Below are positions 16,942 through 28,862 of a stretch of 64,000 nt of DNA, piece after piece (positions within the stretch are counted from its first letter, which is position 1; the number at the start of each line of letters is the position of its first letter). This DNA is from Casimicrobiaceae bacterium (GTDB taxonomy: Bacteria > Pseudomonadota > Gammaproteobacteria > Burkholderiales > Casimicrobiaceae). Where the stretch lies: positions 5,010 to 69,009 of the forward strand of contig DASXPJ010000055.1 of assembly GCA_036493675.1 (NCBI GenBank), written 5' to 3'. Both the position numbers and the translations under genes were made by a program. Below the pieces are notes generated by a model. That model was not told where the DNA came from, ran no database searches, and was given only the letters and a program-made list of their open reading frames with translations.

Positions 16942-18138
16942 TCAGCTCCTGCGCGCCGGCGCGTCGCGTGGAGCGCCCTCCCGGTCGGCCGCATGTGTCG
17001 ATCCCGCAAGCTCGCCGTGCCGGAACGGGCTCGCGCGTTCCAGTTCGTCGACCGTTTGCGCGACGTCGGCCCGCTCGCGCGCTACAAAGGCCCCGATCGC
17101 GTGCGCAAACTCCGGATCCACGATCGCGTGCGCCGAACGGGTCGCGACCGGCAGGAACCCGCGGGCGAGCTTGTGCACGCCTTGCGCGCCCCCCTCGAAC
17201 AGGCCGATGCGACGCTCGATGCAGAACTCGATCGCCTGATAATAGCAAGCCTCGAAGTGCAAACCGGGTACGTAGCCAGTGGCGCCCCAATAACGTCCCC
17301 ACAGCGTTTCGCGATCGAAAACGTCGAAGGCCGCGCAAATCGGAGTCCCTTGCTGGCTGCCGACGACCAGCACGATGCTGCCGGCCATCGTCGCGCCAAT
17401 GCGCTCGAAAAAGGGCAGCGACAGGTACGGCGTCGATCCGTGTTGTCGATAGGTGCCGACGTAGCAGCGATAGAAGAACGCCCAGTCCGCGGCGCTGATC
17501 TCCGGGCCCGTCAAGCGTCGGAACGTGATCCCGGTCTCGCCCAGGCGGCGTCTCTCCTGGCGGATTTTCTTGCGCTTGTCGTGATTCAACGTCGACAGGA
17601 AGTCGGAGAAATCGCGGTATCCGGGGTTTTTCCAATGAAACTGGAGGCTGTCGCGCATCACCAGCCCCGCCGCAGCGCACTGCGCCGCGTCAGACGCGTC
17701 CGGAAAGAGGATATGCAGTGACGACAGGCCCTCTTCCGTCAGCAACGACAACGCCCCATCGAGCAGACGGCGCCGTGCTTGTGTGCTCCCGGCCAGGAGC
17801 CGCGGTCCGGTCGCCGGAGTGAAAGGGATCGCAGCGAGGAGCTTCGGATAATAATGGCGTCCGTACCGGCGGTACGCATCGGCCCACGACCAATCGAACA
17901 CGTACTCGCCGTACGAGTGCGTTTTTATATAGAGCGGCATTGCGCCAACCAGCGTCTGGCCTTGCCGGAGGAGCAAGTAACGCGGACTCCAACCGGTTTT
18001 GGGGGAAGCGCATCCAGTCTCGTGCAGCGCGTGCAGAAAGGCATGCGAGAGCAGCGGCCTCTCGCCGACGAGCGCATCCCAGGAAGTCGGATCGATCGGA
18101 GCGAGGGAATCGGTGACGTGCAACGAGAGCGAAGCCAT
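16942..18138 (-). CDS. DUF482/COG3146 family protein (GNAT/FemAB-like predicted N-acyltransferase)
   Basis: SWDALVGERPLLSHAFLHALHETGC...GWSPRYLLL...MPLYIKTHSYGEYVFDW matches my recollection of this uncharacterised family. Start at ATG 18138. Confidence 0.7.
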   Translation of the reverse strand: MASLSLHVTDSLAPIDPTSWDALVGERPLLSHAFLHALHETGCASPKTGWSPRYLLLRQGQTLVGAMPLYIKTHSYGEYVFDWSWADAYRRYGRHYYPKLLAAIPFTPATGPRLLAGSTQARRRLLDGALSLLTEEGLSSLHILFPDASDAAQCAAAGLVMRDSLQFHWKNPGYRDFSDFLSTLNHDKRKKIRQERRRLGETGITFRRLTGPEISAADWAFFYRCYVGTYRQHGSTPYLSLPFFERIGATMAGSIVLVVGSQQGTPICAAFDVFDRETLWGRYWGATGYVPGLHFEACYYQAIEFCIERRIGLFEGGAQGVHKLARGFLPVATRSAHAIVDPEFAHAIGAFVARERADVAQTVDELERASPFRHGELAGSTHAADREGAPRDAPARRS

Positions 18139-18289
18139 GCGATACCGATTGTCGCGTGAAGGACGACTCGCAGCAAGTGCGATGTCCGGAGCCGGCACGT
18201 CGGCTCGCCGCGAGGGGCGCGTGATTCCGCGTGCGTAACGACACGACGCGCGCGGGGCCGCGGACGCTGTCGCATGCTAAAATTGCGCT

Positions 18290-19909
18290 ATGCGCATCGC
18301 GATCGCCCAGCTGAACCAAATGGTCGGCGATCTCCCTGGCAACGCCGCGCGAATTCTCGATGCAGTCGAAGCCGGCAGGCGCAGCGGAGCGGATCTGGTG
18401 GTCACGCCCGAATTGTCGCTGTGCGGCTACCCCCCGGAAGACTTGCTGCTGCGGCCTGCGTTTCTCGCTGCCTGCGCGCGCGAACTCGAGCGGCTCGCAG
18501 CACGGATAACCGGTCCTGCCGTCGTTGTTGGATTTCCCGAAATCGGCAGTAAAGGCGCTCGGCACAATGCCGTTGCCGTGCTGCGGGACGGAAGGGTCGC
18601 CGCCGTTTACCGCAAGCACACGCTGCCCAACTACACCGTGTTCGACGAGCAGCGGTATTTCGTTCCCGGGACCGGATCCGTGGTCTTCGAGGTCGCCGGA
18701 GTGAAGATCGGCGTCGTCATCTGCGAGGATATCTGGTTTCCCGACCCGGCGCGGCGTGCCGCGGACGCAGGTGCGGAGCTGATCGTCGTACCCAACGGCT
18801 CGCCTTACCACACGCGGCAGCAGTCGCTGCGCCGCGAAGTCGTCGTCGCACGAGCCGTCGAGAGCGGGCTTCCGGTCGTGTACGTCAATCGCGTTGGCGG
18901 ACAGGACGAGCTGGTATTCGACGGCGCATCCTTTGTCGTCGATGGCGAAGGCAAGGTGGCGCAACAGTTGCCGGCATGGCAGGAAACGATCGCCCTGGCG
19001 GAGTTCGACCACGCGGTACCGAAGGCGGTTCGCGGCGACATCGACATGCGCCTCGAGCCGCACGTCTATGCGGCCTTGACGATGGGCGTACACGACTACG
19101 TCGAGAAGAACCGGTTCCCCGGTGTCCTGCTCGGACTCTCCGGCGGAATCGATTCGGCGCTGACGCTGGCGGTTGCGGTCGACGCGCTCGGCAGGGAGCG
19201 CGTGCGCGCGCTGATGCTTCCCTCGACGTACAACGCGGCGATCAGCCTGGAAGATGCGCGCACGATGGCCGGCATGCTCGGCGTCCAATACGACGAGGTG
19301 CCGATCGACGACGTGCTTGGAGGCTTTCGGCAGGCGCTTTCCGACGAGTTCAAGGGCTTGTCGGAAGATGCCACTGAGGAGAACATCCAGGCACGGATTC
19401 GCGGCACGTTGCTGATGGCGATCTCCAACAAGCGCGGCTCGATCGTGTTGACGACCGGCAACAAATCCGAAATGGCCGTTGGCTACGCGACGTTGTATGG
19501 TGACATGGCGGGCGGTTTCGCCGTGCTGAAGGACATCAACAAGACATTAGTCTATCGCCTGGCCCGCTATCGTAACAGCCTCGGCCGGGTGATCCCGGAG
19601 CGCATCATCACGCGCGCGCCTTCGGCCGAGCTCAGGGCCGGGCAAACCGATCAGGATAGCCTTCCTCCCTACGACACGCTCGATGCGATACTCGAGGCCT
19701 ATGTCGAGGAAAACCTCAGCCCGCGCGACATCGTTGCACGCGGAATCCCGCCCGAGCAAGTCGCCCAGGTGGTCCGCCTGATCAAGTTGAGCGAATACAA
19801 GAGACGGCAGGCGGCGGTAGGCATTCGCATCACGCCGCGCGGTTTCGGCAAGGATTGGCGCTATCCGATCACCTCAGCCTGGGCGGACTGGAAAGCCGGC
19901 CTCGATTAG
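18290..19909 (+). CDS. nadE: glutamine-dependent NAD+ synthetase
   Basis: N-terminal C-N hydrolase domain (MRIAIAQLN..., VVICEDIWFP) fused to an NAD synthetase domain with the SGGIDS PP-loop. Confidence 0.9.
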   Translation: MRIAIAQLNQMVGDLPGNAARILDAVEAGRRSGADLVVTPELSLCGYPPEDLLLRPAFLAACARELERLAARITGPAVVVGFPEIGSKGARHNAVAVLRDGRVAAVYRKHTLPNYTVFDEQRYFVPGTGSVVFEVAGVKIGVVICEDIWFPDPARRAADAGAELIVVPNGSPYHTRQQSLRREVVVARAVESGLPVVYVNRVGGQDELVFDGASFVVDGEGKVAQQLPAWQETIALAEFDHAVPKAVRGDIDMRLEPHVYAALTMGVHDYVEKNRFPGVLLGLSGGIDSALTLAVAVDALGRERVRALMLPSTYNAAISLEDARTMAGMLGVQYDEVPIDDVLGGFRQALSDEFKGLSEDATEENIQARIRGTLLMAISNKRGSIVLTTGNKSEMAVGYATLYGDMAGGFAVLKDINKTLVYRLARYRNSLGRVIPERIITRAPSAELRAGQTDQDSLPPYDTLDAILEAYVEENLSPRDIVARGIPPEQVAQVVRLIKLSEYKRRQAAVGIRITPRGFGKDWRYPITSAWADWKAGLD

Positions 19910-20350
<441 letters not shown>

Positions 20351-20400
20351 CGCTGTCGCGACGGCGGGATGGTGCCGCTCATCGTGAGGAGACAATCAAC

Positions 20401-20832
20401 ATGTCGATGCTGAGGGATTTTCGGGACTTCGCAGTCAAAGGAAACGTCATCGATCTGGCGGTTGCGGTCATCATCGGTGCTGCTTTCGGCAAGATCGTCG
20501 ATTCGCTGGTCAAGGACGTCATCATGCCGCTGATCGGCAGGGTTTTCGGAGGGCTCGATTTTTCCAACTACTTCGTCATGCTGGGGCCGCCGCCTGCCGG
20601 TTACAGCGGACCGATGACCTACGATGCACTGAGCAAGGCGGGAGTGCCTTTGCTGGCCTACGGCAATTTCATCACGGTCGTCATCAATTTTCTCATTCTG
20701 GCTTTCATCATTTTCTGGATGGTCAGACAACTGGCCTCGGTCAAGAGAAGGATCGATCCGGCTGCGGTGGCTGCGCCCGTTCCTGAAGACGTCTTGTTGT
20801 TGCGTGAGATCCGCGACGCATTGAAAAGGTAA
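20401..20832 (+). CDS. mscL: large-conductance mechanosensitive channel
   Basis: [33 protein letters not shown] is the canonical MscL N-terminus. Confidence 0.9.
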   Translation: MSMLRDFRDFAVKGNVIDLAVAVIIGAAFGKIVDSLVKDVIMPLIGRVFGGLDFSNYFVMLGPPPAGYSGPMTYDALSKAGVPLLAYGNFITVVINFLILAFIIFWMVRQLASVKRRIDPAAVAAPVPEDVLLLREIRDALKR

Positions 20833-20996
20833 TCGGCCGGTCTGCACCGCGTTGACCCACACGGCGCTTGATGCCAGAATCGGTGACGTCAAATGACGCA
20901 CGGGCCGCAGACACGCGGTGCCGCGCTGCTGCTCGCTACTTGCGCGCCCACTGCATCGCAGCTGTCAGAGCTGCGCGCTCGCCACGGAGAAATTCA

Positions 20997-22145
20997 ATGA
21001 ACAAATCAGGCCTCGCCCTCGGTCTCGCCACGCTCCTGTCGTGCGCTACCGCCTTTGCTGACATCAACGTCGGGGTTACGCTGTCCGCGACCGGTCCGGC
21101 GGCGTCCCTGGGCATTCCAGAGAAGAACACCATCGACATGCTGGGTTCTCCGGCCCTGGGCGGACAGACAATTCACTTCATTGTGCTGGACGACAAATCG
21201 GACACGACCGAAGCAGTCAAGAATACGCGCAAGCTGATCAGCGAAGACAAGGTCGATGTGATTGTCGGATCGACGGTGACGCCCAATTCGCTGGCGATGC
21301 GCGATGTCGTGAACGAGGCCCAGGTGCCGATGATATCGATGGCGGCGTCGGCCCAGATCGTCAACCCCGCCGACCCGAGGACCAAGTGGGTGTTCAAGAC
21401 GCCGCAGAACGATTCGCTGATGGCGGATGCGGTCGCGGTGCACATGCGCGCGAATGGCGTGCGGACGATGGGATTCATCGGTTTCGCCGATGCTTATGGC
21501 GACAGCTGGCTCGCCGAGATGCGGCGCTCGACGCAGACGGCCGGCATCAAGATCGTCGCCGAGGAAAAATACAATCGCAACGATCCGAGCGTGACTGGAC
21601 AAGTCCTGAAGCTGCTTGCCGCGCATCCGGATGCGATCCTGATCGCGGGCTCGGGGACGCCTGCCGCGACGCCGCACAAGGAACTGGTCGCGCGGGGCTA
21701 CAAAGGGCGTATCTACCAGACCCACGGCGTGGCCAACGCCGACTTCCTGCGTGTGGTCGGCGCCGATGGGAACGGCGCCGTGCTGCCGGCGGGGCCGATG
21801 CTGGTCTATGAGCAATTGCCCGATAGCAACGCGGTGAAAAAATCCGCGGGAGAGTACGTGAGAGCATACGAGGCCAAGTACGGGCCGGGCAGCCGGACCA
21901 CCTTCGGCGGGCATGCCTGGGACGCGTACGCGTTGCTGCAGCGGGCGATACCCGAGGCGCTGAAGAAGGCGCAGCCGGGCACGAAGGAATTTCGCATGGC
22001 ATTGCGCGACGCGCTGGAAAACGTCAAGGATGTCGCCGGAAGTAATGGAATTTTCAACATGAACGTCGCTGACCACAATGGCATGGACAATCGTGCGCGC
22101 GTCATTGTCAAGATCGAAGGCGGCAAGTGGGTCCTGAGCAAATGA
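20997..22145 (+). CDS. ABC transporter substrate-binding protein, branched-chain amino acid (LivK/LivJ-like) family
   Basis: Signal peptide MNKSGLALGLATLLSCATAFA, then a type-I periplasmic binding fold pattern. Start moved to ATG 20997. Confidence 0.85.
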   Translation: MNKSGLALGLATLLSCATAFADINVGVTLSATGPAASLGIPEKNTIDMLGSPALGGQTIHFIVLDDKSDTTEAVKNTRKLISEDKVDVIVGSTVTPNSLAMRDVVNEAQVPMISMAASAQIVNPADPRTKWVFKTPQNDSLMADAVAVHMRANGVRTMGFIGFADAYGDSWLAEMRRSTQTAGIKIVAEEKYNRNDPSVTGQVLKLLAAHPDAILIAGSGTPAATPHKELVARGYKGRIYQTHGVANADFLRVVGADGNGAVLPAGPMLVYEQLPDSNAVKKSAGEYVRAYEAKYGPGSRTTFGGHAWDAYALLQRAIPEALKKAQPGTKEFRMALRDALENVKDVAGSNGIFNMNVADHNGMDNRARVIVKIEGGKWVLSK

Positions 22146-22225
22146 GTTGACGTCCACCGGGCCGGCTTCGGGATTCCCGCAGCCGGCCTTTTGTTATCTG
22201 CGCGCTGCGCACTTCGACATCGCCG

Positions 22226-23263
22226 ATGGATTTCTCGATCGCCGCACTCCTGGCGCAGGACGGCATCACCAACGGCGCGATTTATGCGCTGCTGTCGCTG
22301 GCGCTGGTGCTGGTATTCGCCGTAACACGGGTGATCTTCGTGCCAGCGGGCGAATTCGTGACCTACGGAACGCTGACGCTTGCTTCCCTGCAGCTCGGCA
22401 AGTCGCCGGGGATCGTGGGGCTGCTGATCGGGCTGACCGCGGTCGCGGGCGCGATGGAGGCGTATGCAGCGGTGCGCGCTCGCGACTGGGGGCGGCTGCC
22501 GCGCCGGCTCGGATTGTACGTTGCGCTACCGCTGGCCATTGCGGCGATCGTGCATGAACTTGCGCCGCTTACGCTGCTTTTTCCGCTGCAGATACTGCTC
22601 GCAGTCGCCTCCGTCACCGTGCTCGGTCCGCTGCTCTATCGCGTGGCTTACCAGCCCTTGGCCGACGCATCGGTGCTGGTGCTGCTCATCGTCTCGGTGG
22701 CGGTCCATTTCGTCATGGTCGGCCTGGGCCTCTGGTTCTTCGGTGCCGAAGGCTCCCGGACACCGGCTTTTACGTCAGCCTCGTTTCGCATGGGAGATAT
22801 GCAGGTCAGCGGCCAGAGCCTGCTGGTGCTGCTGTCCTCGCTTTTATTCATCGCCGCTCTGTACGCTTTTTTCGATCGTACGCTGTACGGCAAAGCGCTC
22901 CGCGCGACGGCTTTCAATCGTGTGGGCGCCCGACTGGTCGGCATCAGCCCGAACCTCGCCGGCAGCCTGACGTTTACGCTTGCTGCTCTGCTGTGCGCAT
23001 TTTCCGGCGTGCTGATCGGCCCGATCACGACCGTCTATTACGACTCCGGATTCCTGGTGAGCCTGAAGGGCTTTGTCGGTGCGATCATCGGCGGCATGGT
23101 GAGCTACCCGCTGGCTGCCGCCGGTGCTTTCCTGGTGGGCCTGCTCGAATCATATTCTTCGTTCTGGGCGAGTGCCTTCAAGGAGGTGATCGTTTTCACT
23201 CTGATCATTCCCGTTCTCCTGTGGCGGTCGCTGACGACCCATCATCACGAGGAAGAGGAGTGA
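22226..23263 (+). CDS. branched-chain amino acid ABC transporter permease (LivH-like)
   Basis: Multi-TM. N-terminus [25 protein letters not shown] is typical of LivH. Confidence 0.85.
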   Translation: MDFSIAALLAQDGITNGAIYALLSLALVLVFAVTRVIFVPAGEFVTYGTLTLASLQLGKSPGIVGLLIGLTAVAGAMEAYAAVRARDWGRLPRRLGLYVALPLAIAAIVHELAPLTLLFPLQILLAVASVTVLGPLLYRVAYQPLADASVLVLLIVSVAVHFVMVGLGLWFFGAEGSRTPAFTSASFRMGDMQVSGQSLLVLLSSLLFIAALYAFFDRTLYGKALRATAFNRVGARLVGISPNLAGSLTFTLAALLCAFSGVLIGPITTVYYDSGFLVSLKGFVGAIIGGMVSYPLAAAGAFLVGLLESYSSFWASAFKEVIVFTLIIPVLLWRSLTTHHHEEEE

Positions 23264-25014
23264 GGCACGTAGCGCTGCTGGTATTCGTCGCGGCGCTGAT
23301 CGTCGCGCCGGCGGCGGCCCCGGCGTTCTGGATCACGCTGCTCAACTACATCGGTCTGTACAGCATCGTCGCACTCGGACTGGTCGTCCTCACCGGCGTC
23401 GCCGGCCAGACTTCGTTCGGCCAGGCCGCTTTCGTCGGGTTGGGCGCCTACACGACGGCGTATCTGTCCTTGACTTATCCTGGCCTGTCACCGTGGATCA
23501 ACGTCCTGATTGGAATGGCGCTCACGGCGCTCGTTGCGCTCGCGTTGGGCTTCATCACCCTGCGGATGAAAGGTCACTACCTGCCTCTCGCGACAATCGC
23601 ATGGGGAATAAGCATTTATTACGTGTTCGGCAACCTCGAGTTTCTTGGGGGCTATACCGGAGTCAGCGGTATTGCCGCGTTGTCCTTGTTCGGGTGGGAA
23701 TTGCGCGGTGAACGCCACATCTACTATCTGATCTGGCTGGTCGTGCTGGCCAGTTTGTGGACCACCGACAATCTTCTCGATTCGCGACCGGGACGCGCGG
23801 TCCGCGCGCTCAGGGGCGGGCTGGAAATGGCCGAAGCTTTCGGCGTCAACGCAGGGCGGCTCAAGATGGTCGTCTTTGTCTATGCCGCGCTGCTTGCCAG
23901 CATTTCGGGCTGGTTGTACGCGCATCTTCAGCGCTTCGTCAATCCGACGCCCTTCGGCATCAATCAGGGTATCGAATACCTCTTCATGGCGGTCGTCGGC
24001 GGGGCCGGCAGCGTCTGGGGCGCCGTGGTCGGCGCAACGCTAATCACGCTGCTCAAGCAATTGCTGCAGAGCTGGCTGCCCCATCTGCTGGGACGCGAAG
24101 GGAACTTCGAGGTGGTCGTCTTCGGCATGCTGATGATCCTGTTGCTGCAACGCACGCGTGACGGGCTCTGGCCATGGCTGGCGCACCTGCTGCCGTCGGC
24201 TTCGCCTCATGCCGTTCCCGCGGCAGCTGCGCTCGCGGTACGGACGCGGGCGCGAGGCGGCGCGCCGTTGCTGATGATCCGGCGTGCGCGCAAGGAATTC
24301 GGCGGCTTGGTCGCGGTCAATGACCTTTCCTTCGAGATTCGGGCGGGCGAGATCCTTGGGCTGATTGGCCCGAACGGCGCCGGTAAGAGCACGATGTTCA
24401 ATCTGATCACCGGCGCACTGCCGTTGAGTCGGGGCACGATCGCGTTTAACGGCGAGCAGATCAGCGGACGACAACCGTTCGAGATCGCGCAGCTGGGAAT
24501 CGCCCGTACCTTCCAGCACGTGAAGCTGATCTCTGGCATGTCGGTGCTCGACAACGTTGCGCTCGGCGCCTATTTGCGTGGCACAAACGGGGTCACCCGC
24601 GCCGCCTTGCGCCTGGATCGTCGTGAGGAAGCCCGCGTCCGCGCCGAGGCGGCCGCGCAGATCGGACGCGTCGGCTTGGCGGACGCCATGCACACGCCGG
24701 CGGGCTCTCTGCCGCTCGGGCGGCAGCGTATCGTCGAGATCGCCCGTGCGCTCGCCGCCGATCCGCTCTTGCTGCTGCTGGATGAGCCGGCTGCCGGGCT
24801 CCGATTCGCGGAAAAGCAAGAGCTGGCGACGCTGCTGCGCAAGCTGCGCGAGACCGGCATGACCGTCCTGCTGGTCGAGCACGACATGGATTTCGTCATG
24901 GGGTTGACCGACCGCCTGGTCGTAATGGACTTCGGCGAGAAGCTCGCCGAAGGCCTCCCGGCGGATATCCAGCGTAATCCCGTCGTCCTCGAAGCCTATC
25001 TGGGTGCGGTGTGA
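23260..25014 (+). CDS. fused LivM-like permease / LivG-like ATP-binding protein
   Basis: About 330 aa of TM helices (LivM-like), continuous with an ABC ATPase: Walker [10 protein letters not shown], Walker [14 protein letters not shown] 23260 overlaps the livH TGA (GTGA). Confidence 0.8.
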   Translation: MRHVALLVFVAALIVAPAAAPAFWITLLNYIGLYSIVALGLVVLTGVAGQTSFGQAAFVGLGAYTTAYLSLTYPGLSPWINVLIGMALTALVALALGFITLRMKGHYLPLATIAWGISIYYVFGNLEFLGGYTGVSGIAALSLFGWELRGERHIYYLIWLVVLASLWTTDNLLDSRPGRAVRALRGGLEMAEAFGVNAGRLKMVVFVYAALLASISGWLYAHLQRFVNPTPFGINQGIEYLFMAVVGGAGSVWGAVVGATLITLLKQLLQSWLPHLLGREGNFEVVVFGMLMILLLQRTRDGLWPWLAHLLPSASPHAVPAAAALAVRTRARGGAPLLMIRRARKEFGGLVAVNDLSFEIRAGEILGLIGPNGAGKSTMFNLITGALPLSRGTIAFNGEQISGRQPFEIAQLGIARTFQHVKLISGMSVLDNVALGAYLRGTNGVTRAALRLDRREEARVRAEAAAQIGRVGLADAMHTPAGSLPLGRQRIVEIARALAADPLLLLLDEPAAGLRFAEKQELATLLRKLRETGMTVLLVEHDMDFVMGLTDRLVVMDFGEKLAEGLPADIQRNPVVLEAYLGAV

Positions 25015-25027
25015 CACGGCTGGCGCC

Positions 25028-25768
25028 ATGAGCGGGCTGCTCGAGGTTACCGATCTGCATGTCGCCTACGGCAAGGTCGAGGCGGTGCACGGCATATCGC
25101 TTACCGTAGGCGAAGGCAGCATCGTCACGGTCATCGGTCCGAACGGAGCCGGCAAGACCACGCTGCTGGCGGCGATCATGGGATTGCTGCCCTCGCGCGG
25201 CGACATCGTGTACTGCGGCATGCGAATAGACAGGACGAGCGTCGAGGAGCGTGTCGCGCAGCGGTTGTGTCTGGTTCCGGAGCGCCGCGAGTTGTTCGCC
25301 GCGATGACGGTGGCGGACAACCTGGAGCTCGGCGCATTTCAGCGCCATCGGGCGCACGATAGAACGCTGGGCAAGACGCGCGACGAGGTCTACCAGCGGT
25401 TCCCGAGGCTCGCCGAACGTCGTGCCCAGCTCGCGGGCACGTTGTCCGGCGGCGAGCGGCAGATGCTCGCGCTCGGTCGCGCACTCATGGCCGCACCACG
25501 ATTGCTGATGCTCGACGAGCCGAGCCTCGGCCTGGCGCCGCTGATCGTCAAGGAGATTTTCAGTATCATTGCCTCTCTGCAAGCGAGCGGTGTATCGATC
25601 CTTCTGATCGAGCAGAATGCGCGCGCCGCGCTGCAGATCGCCGACCGCGGTTACGTGCTCGAAACGGGAGCGGTCGCGATCGCGGGCGCGAGTGAAGCGC
25701 TGTCGCGCGATGCGCGCGTCGCCGCTACTTATCTCGGGCGCACGTCCGAGAGCGGTGCCATCGGCTAG
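25028..25768 (+). CDS. branched-chain amino acid ABC transporter ATP-binding protein (LivF-like)
   Basis: Walker [10 protein letters not shown], signature LSGGERQML, Walker [12 protein letters not shown]. Confidence 0.85.
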   Translation: MSGLLEVTDLHVAYGKVEAVHGISLTVGEGSIVTVIGPNGAGKTTLLAAIMGLLPSRGDIVYCGMRIDRTSVEERVAQRLCLVPERRELFAAMTVADNLELGAFQRHRAHDRTLGKTRDEVYQRFPRLAERRAQLAGTLSGGERQMLALGRALMAAPRLLMLDEPSLGLAPLIVKEIFSIIASLQASGVSILLIEQNARAALQIADRGYVLETGAVAIAGASEALSRDARVAATYLGRTSESGAIG

Positions 25769-25815
25769 CCATGCGGCGCCGATAGCGCTTGTGCCGAGGC
25801 GCCTACACCCGGACA

Positions 25816-27312
25816 ATGTCGGTTCTGCTGTTTCTTCGTGAAGCCCCCGTGACCGATATCGCCCTTCCTCCCGTCAAGCCTGCGCTGCTCGACCAGGCGA
25901 CGCGATTATTGCTGGCCCCGGCGGCGCTCGAGTTTGGCCAGCTGTCGGACGTCCTGGCCGGCATCCATGGCCACCGCGTCGATCACGCGGATCTCTATTT
26001 TCAATATTCGCGCATCGAAAGCTGGAGTCTTGAAGAAGGGATCGTAAAGTCGGGGTCGTTCTCGATCGACCGCGGCGTCGGCGTGCGCGCGATTTCTGGC
26101 GAGAAGACCGCTTTTGCCTATTCCGACGACATCAGCCTCGATGCGTTGACGCAGGCGGCGAGCGCCACCCGCGCCATCGCACGGCAAGGCCAATCGACGG
26201 TCGCTGCGCTCGACCGGATCGGCGGCGCCCGATCGCTCTATTCGCCCAACGACCCGGTCGCTGCGCTGACCGACGAAGCGAAGGTCGCGCTCCTCGAGCG
26301 ACTGGAGCGTCTGGCGCGCGGCCGCGATCCGCGCGTGACTCAGGTGATGGCATCGCTGGCCGGAGAGTACGAGGCGATTCTGGTGGCGCGGAGCGACGGG
26401 TCCATCGGCGCCGACGTGCGGCCGCTGGTGCGTATTTCACTCAATGTGATTGCCGAACAGAACGGCCGGCGCGAACAAGGCATGTCAGGCGGCGGCGGTC
26501 GCGTCGATTACCAGTTTTTCACCGACGCGTTGCTCGAAACCTACGCGTCGCAAGCGGTCGACCAGGCGCTGATGAATCTCGAAGCGCGCGACGCCCCTGC
26601 GGGAATGATGACGGTCGTGCTTGGGCATGGCTGGCCTGGCATTCTCCTGCACGAGGCGATCGGCCATGGCCTCGAGGGTGACTTCAACCGGAAGGGGACG
26701 TCGGCGTTTTCGGGTCTGATCGGCCAGCGGGTCGGCGCACGCGGAGTCACGGTGGTCGATGACGGAACGATCGCCAACCGCCGAGGCTCGCTCAACATCG
26801 ACGACGAAGGGAATCCGACGCAGCGCACCACCCTCATCGAGGACGGCATACTGAAGGGCTACATGCAGGACACCCTGAACGCGCGTCTGATGGGCGTTGC
26901 TCCCACCGGCAACGGACGACGCGAATCATTCGCGCACATACCTATGCCGCGGATGACCAACACGATCATGCTCAATGGCGATCGAGACCCGGCGGAAATT
27001 ATCGCGTCCGTGGAGAACGGCCTGTACGCCATCAATTTCGGCGGGGGGCAGGTCGACATTACCAACGGCAAGTTCGTCTTCTCCGCGGCGGAAGCCTGGA
27101 AGATCGAAAACGGCAAACTCGCCTATCCGGTCAAGGGCGCAACGCTGATCGGCAACGGCCCCGATGCGCTGACCCGCGTATCGATGATCGGCAATGATCT
27201 CACCATGGACTCCGGCATCGGTACATGCGGCAAGGAGGGACAGAGCGTGCCGGTCGGCGTTGGGCAGCCGACGCTGCGCATCGACGGCTTGACGGTAGGC
27301 GGAACCGCTTGA
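25816..27312 (+). CDS. tldD: metalloprotease TldD
   Basis: [47 protein letters not shown] parallels E. coli Tld[10 protein letters not shown] metal motif. Start uncertain (ATG 25816 or GTG 25849). Confidence 0.9.
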   Translation: MSVLLFLREAPVTDIALPPVKPALLDQATRLLLAPAALEFGQLSDVLAGIHGHRVDHADLYFQYSRIESWSLEEGIVKSGSFSIDRGVGVRAISGEKTAFAYSDDISLDALTQAASATRAIARQGQSTVAALDRIGGARSLYSPNDPVAALTDEAKVALLERLERLARGRDPRVTQVMASLAGEYEAILVARSDGSIGADVRPLVRISLNVIAEQNGRREQGMSGGGGRVDYQFFTDALLETYASQAVDQALMNLEARDAPAGMMTVVLGHGWPGILLHEAIGHGLEGDFNRKGTSAFSGLIGQRVGARGVTVVDDGTIANRRGSLNIDDEGNPTQRTTLIEDGILKGYMQDTLNARLMGVAPTGNGRRESFAHIPMPRMTNTIMLNGDRDPAEIIASVENGLYAINFGGGQVDITNGKFVFSAAEAWKIENGKLAYPVKGATLIGNGPDALTRVSMIGNDLTMDSGIGTCGKEGQSVPVGVGQPTLRIDGLTVGGTA

Positions 27313-27339
27313 CGCCGCGCCGCGTGTTATCGCAGGTGA

Positions 27340-27774
27340 TCAGTGCAGCGGACCAGCCGGCTGGACGACGGCAATGGCCGGTGCGGGCGAGGAGTGGTGC
27401 ATGACCATACGCCAGCCCGAAGGCGTGCGCAGGAAGACATTGGTGACGATCGCCGCGCCCCGAGGCTTGGTGTCGCTGCCGACGGTGACCTGCTCGATGG
27501 CGCTCTGCATCGCGAGCCCGACAGTCTCGACCATCGTGACCTCGTCGAGGCGAAAAGCCAGCTTGGTGTCGCTGGCGAACAACTGTTCCCAGCCGGCACG
27601 AACCGCCTCGTACCCGACAAGGCGGGGACCGCCGGGGTGGATGCAAACGAGCTCCTCGTCCTCGGCCCAGGTCGCCATCATGGCGTCCACATCCTTCGCC
27701 TCGAACGCCTGATAGAAAGCGCTCGCTGCATCCTGCGGCGAAGTGAATATCGTCGGCGTACGTGGCTTGGCCAT
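27340..27774 (-). CDS. SnoaL-like / NTF2-fold protein
   Basis: AASAFYQAFEAKDVDAMMATWAEDEELVCIHPGGPRLVGYEAVRAGW is typical of the SnoaL/DUF4440 fold. Start set to ATG 27774; the track start at 27804 is a TTG. Confidence 0.6.
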   Translation of the reverse strand: MAKPRTPTIFTSPQDAASAFYQAFEAKDVDAMMATWAEDEELVCIHPGGPRLVGYEAVRAGWEQLFASDTKLAFRLDEVTMVETVGLAMQSAIEQVTVGSDTKPRGAAIVTNVFLRTPSGWRMVMHHSSPAPAIAVVQPAGPLH

Positions 27775-27800
27775 GGTCGATGTCGCGTGCGCGGCGATGG

Positions 27801-28805
27801 TCAACGTTGCGCGCGCGCCAAATCATACACAAGATTCGGCGACAGTTCGCGCATGCACTTGAAATGCCCGAGCGGGCACTCGCGGCGGAAGCATGGGCTG
27901 CAGACGATGTCGATCTTGGCCACCCGCGCCAGTGGCGACAGCGGCGGCGTGTAGTCCGGGCTCGACGAGCCGAACAGCGCCACCAGCGGCCTCCCCACGG
28001 CCGCGGCAGCGTGCATCAGGCCCGAATCGTTGCTCACCACGACGCTGGCGGTCGCCAGCAGGTCGATCGCGGTGCCGAGGTCGGTCCTGCCGCACAGGTT
28101 GCGCACATCGCGGATCGCCGCAGCGATCGGGTCCCCCGCGACGCGATCGTTGGGTGACCCCAGCAGCCACACCGCGTAGCCCGAATCGATGAAGCGCTGC
28201 GCCAGCGTGATGAAATGCTCGGTCGGCCAGCGCTTCGCCGGACCGTACTCGGCGCCCGGGCAGAGGATCGCAACCGGGCGACGCGTCGCAAGTCCCAGCG
28301 TCCGGATCGCCTCGGCCGCATTAACCGCGTCAGGCACGAGCGCCGGCGCCGCGGGTGTGGGTATGAGCTCGTCGGGTCGCGCCGCCAGCGCGACAAATCG
28401 TTCGACCAGGCGCGGCGTCGCCTTGGGATCGAGCCGCCGGACATCGGTCAGCAGCATTCCGCGCGCCTCCCCGACATACCCGACGCGGCGCGGGATCCCC
28501 GCCAGCCATGGAATCAACGCCGACTTGAACGAATTCGGCAGCACCAGCGCACGCGTGTAGCCGTTGGCGCGCAGCGTGCGCGCTAGCGCGCGGCGCCGGC
28601 CCAGGCGCAGTTCGCGGTGGCCGATCGGATTCTCGATGATGCTGCGCACGCCGCGCATTCGCGCGTAGACCGGCGCGCACCAGGAGGGGACGAGCACGTC
28701 GACCGTCGGCTCCGCCAGCGGCTCGCGCAGGATCGCTAGCAGCGGTTCCGACAGAATGGCATCGCCAATCCAGGACGGTGCGACGATGAGGATGCTTTCA
28801 GCCAT
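27801..28805 (-). CDS. waaF: ADP-heptose--LPS heptosyltransferase II
   Basis: GT9 pattern: ILIVAPSWIGDAILSEPLL ... NDSGLMHAAAAVGRPLVALFGSSSP. Confidence 0.85.
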   Translation of the reverse strand: MAESILIVAPSWIGDAILSEPLLAILREPLAEPTVDVLVPSWCAPVYARMRGVRSIIENPIGHRELRLGRRRALARTLRANGYTRALVLPNSFKSALIPWLAGIPRRVGYVGEARGMLLTDVRRLDPKATPRLVERFVALAARPDELIPTPAAPALVPDAVNAAEAIRTLGLATRRPVAILCPGAEYGPAKRWPTEHFITLAQRFIDSGYAVWLLGSPNDRVAGDPIAAAIRDVRNLCGRTDLGTAIDLLATASVVVSNDSGLMHAAAAVGRPLVALFGSSSPDYTPPLSPLARVAKIDIVCSPCFRRECPLGHFKCMRELSPNLVYDLARAQR

Positions 28806-28862
28806 GACCTTCGTGCCCGCGCAGACGTTGCCGCCGGCACATGATGACGCGCGATGGCGCCG

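Noticed and set aside
16910-17680. Upstream extension of the enoyl-CoA hydratase ORF (521 aa in total)
   Set aside because: The extension overlaps the DUF482 gene in another frame and is Arg/Pro/Gly-rich nonsense. The crotonase domain starts at MNEARI (ATG 16909).
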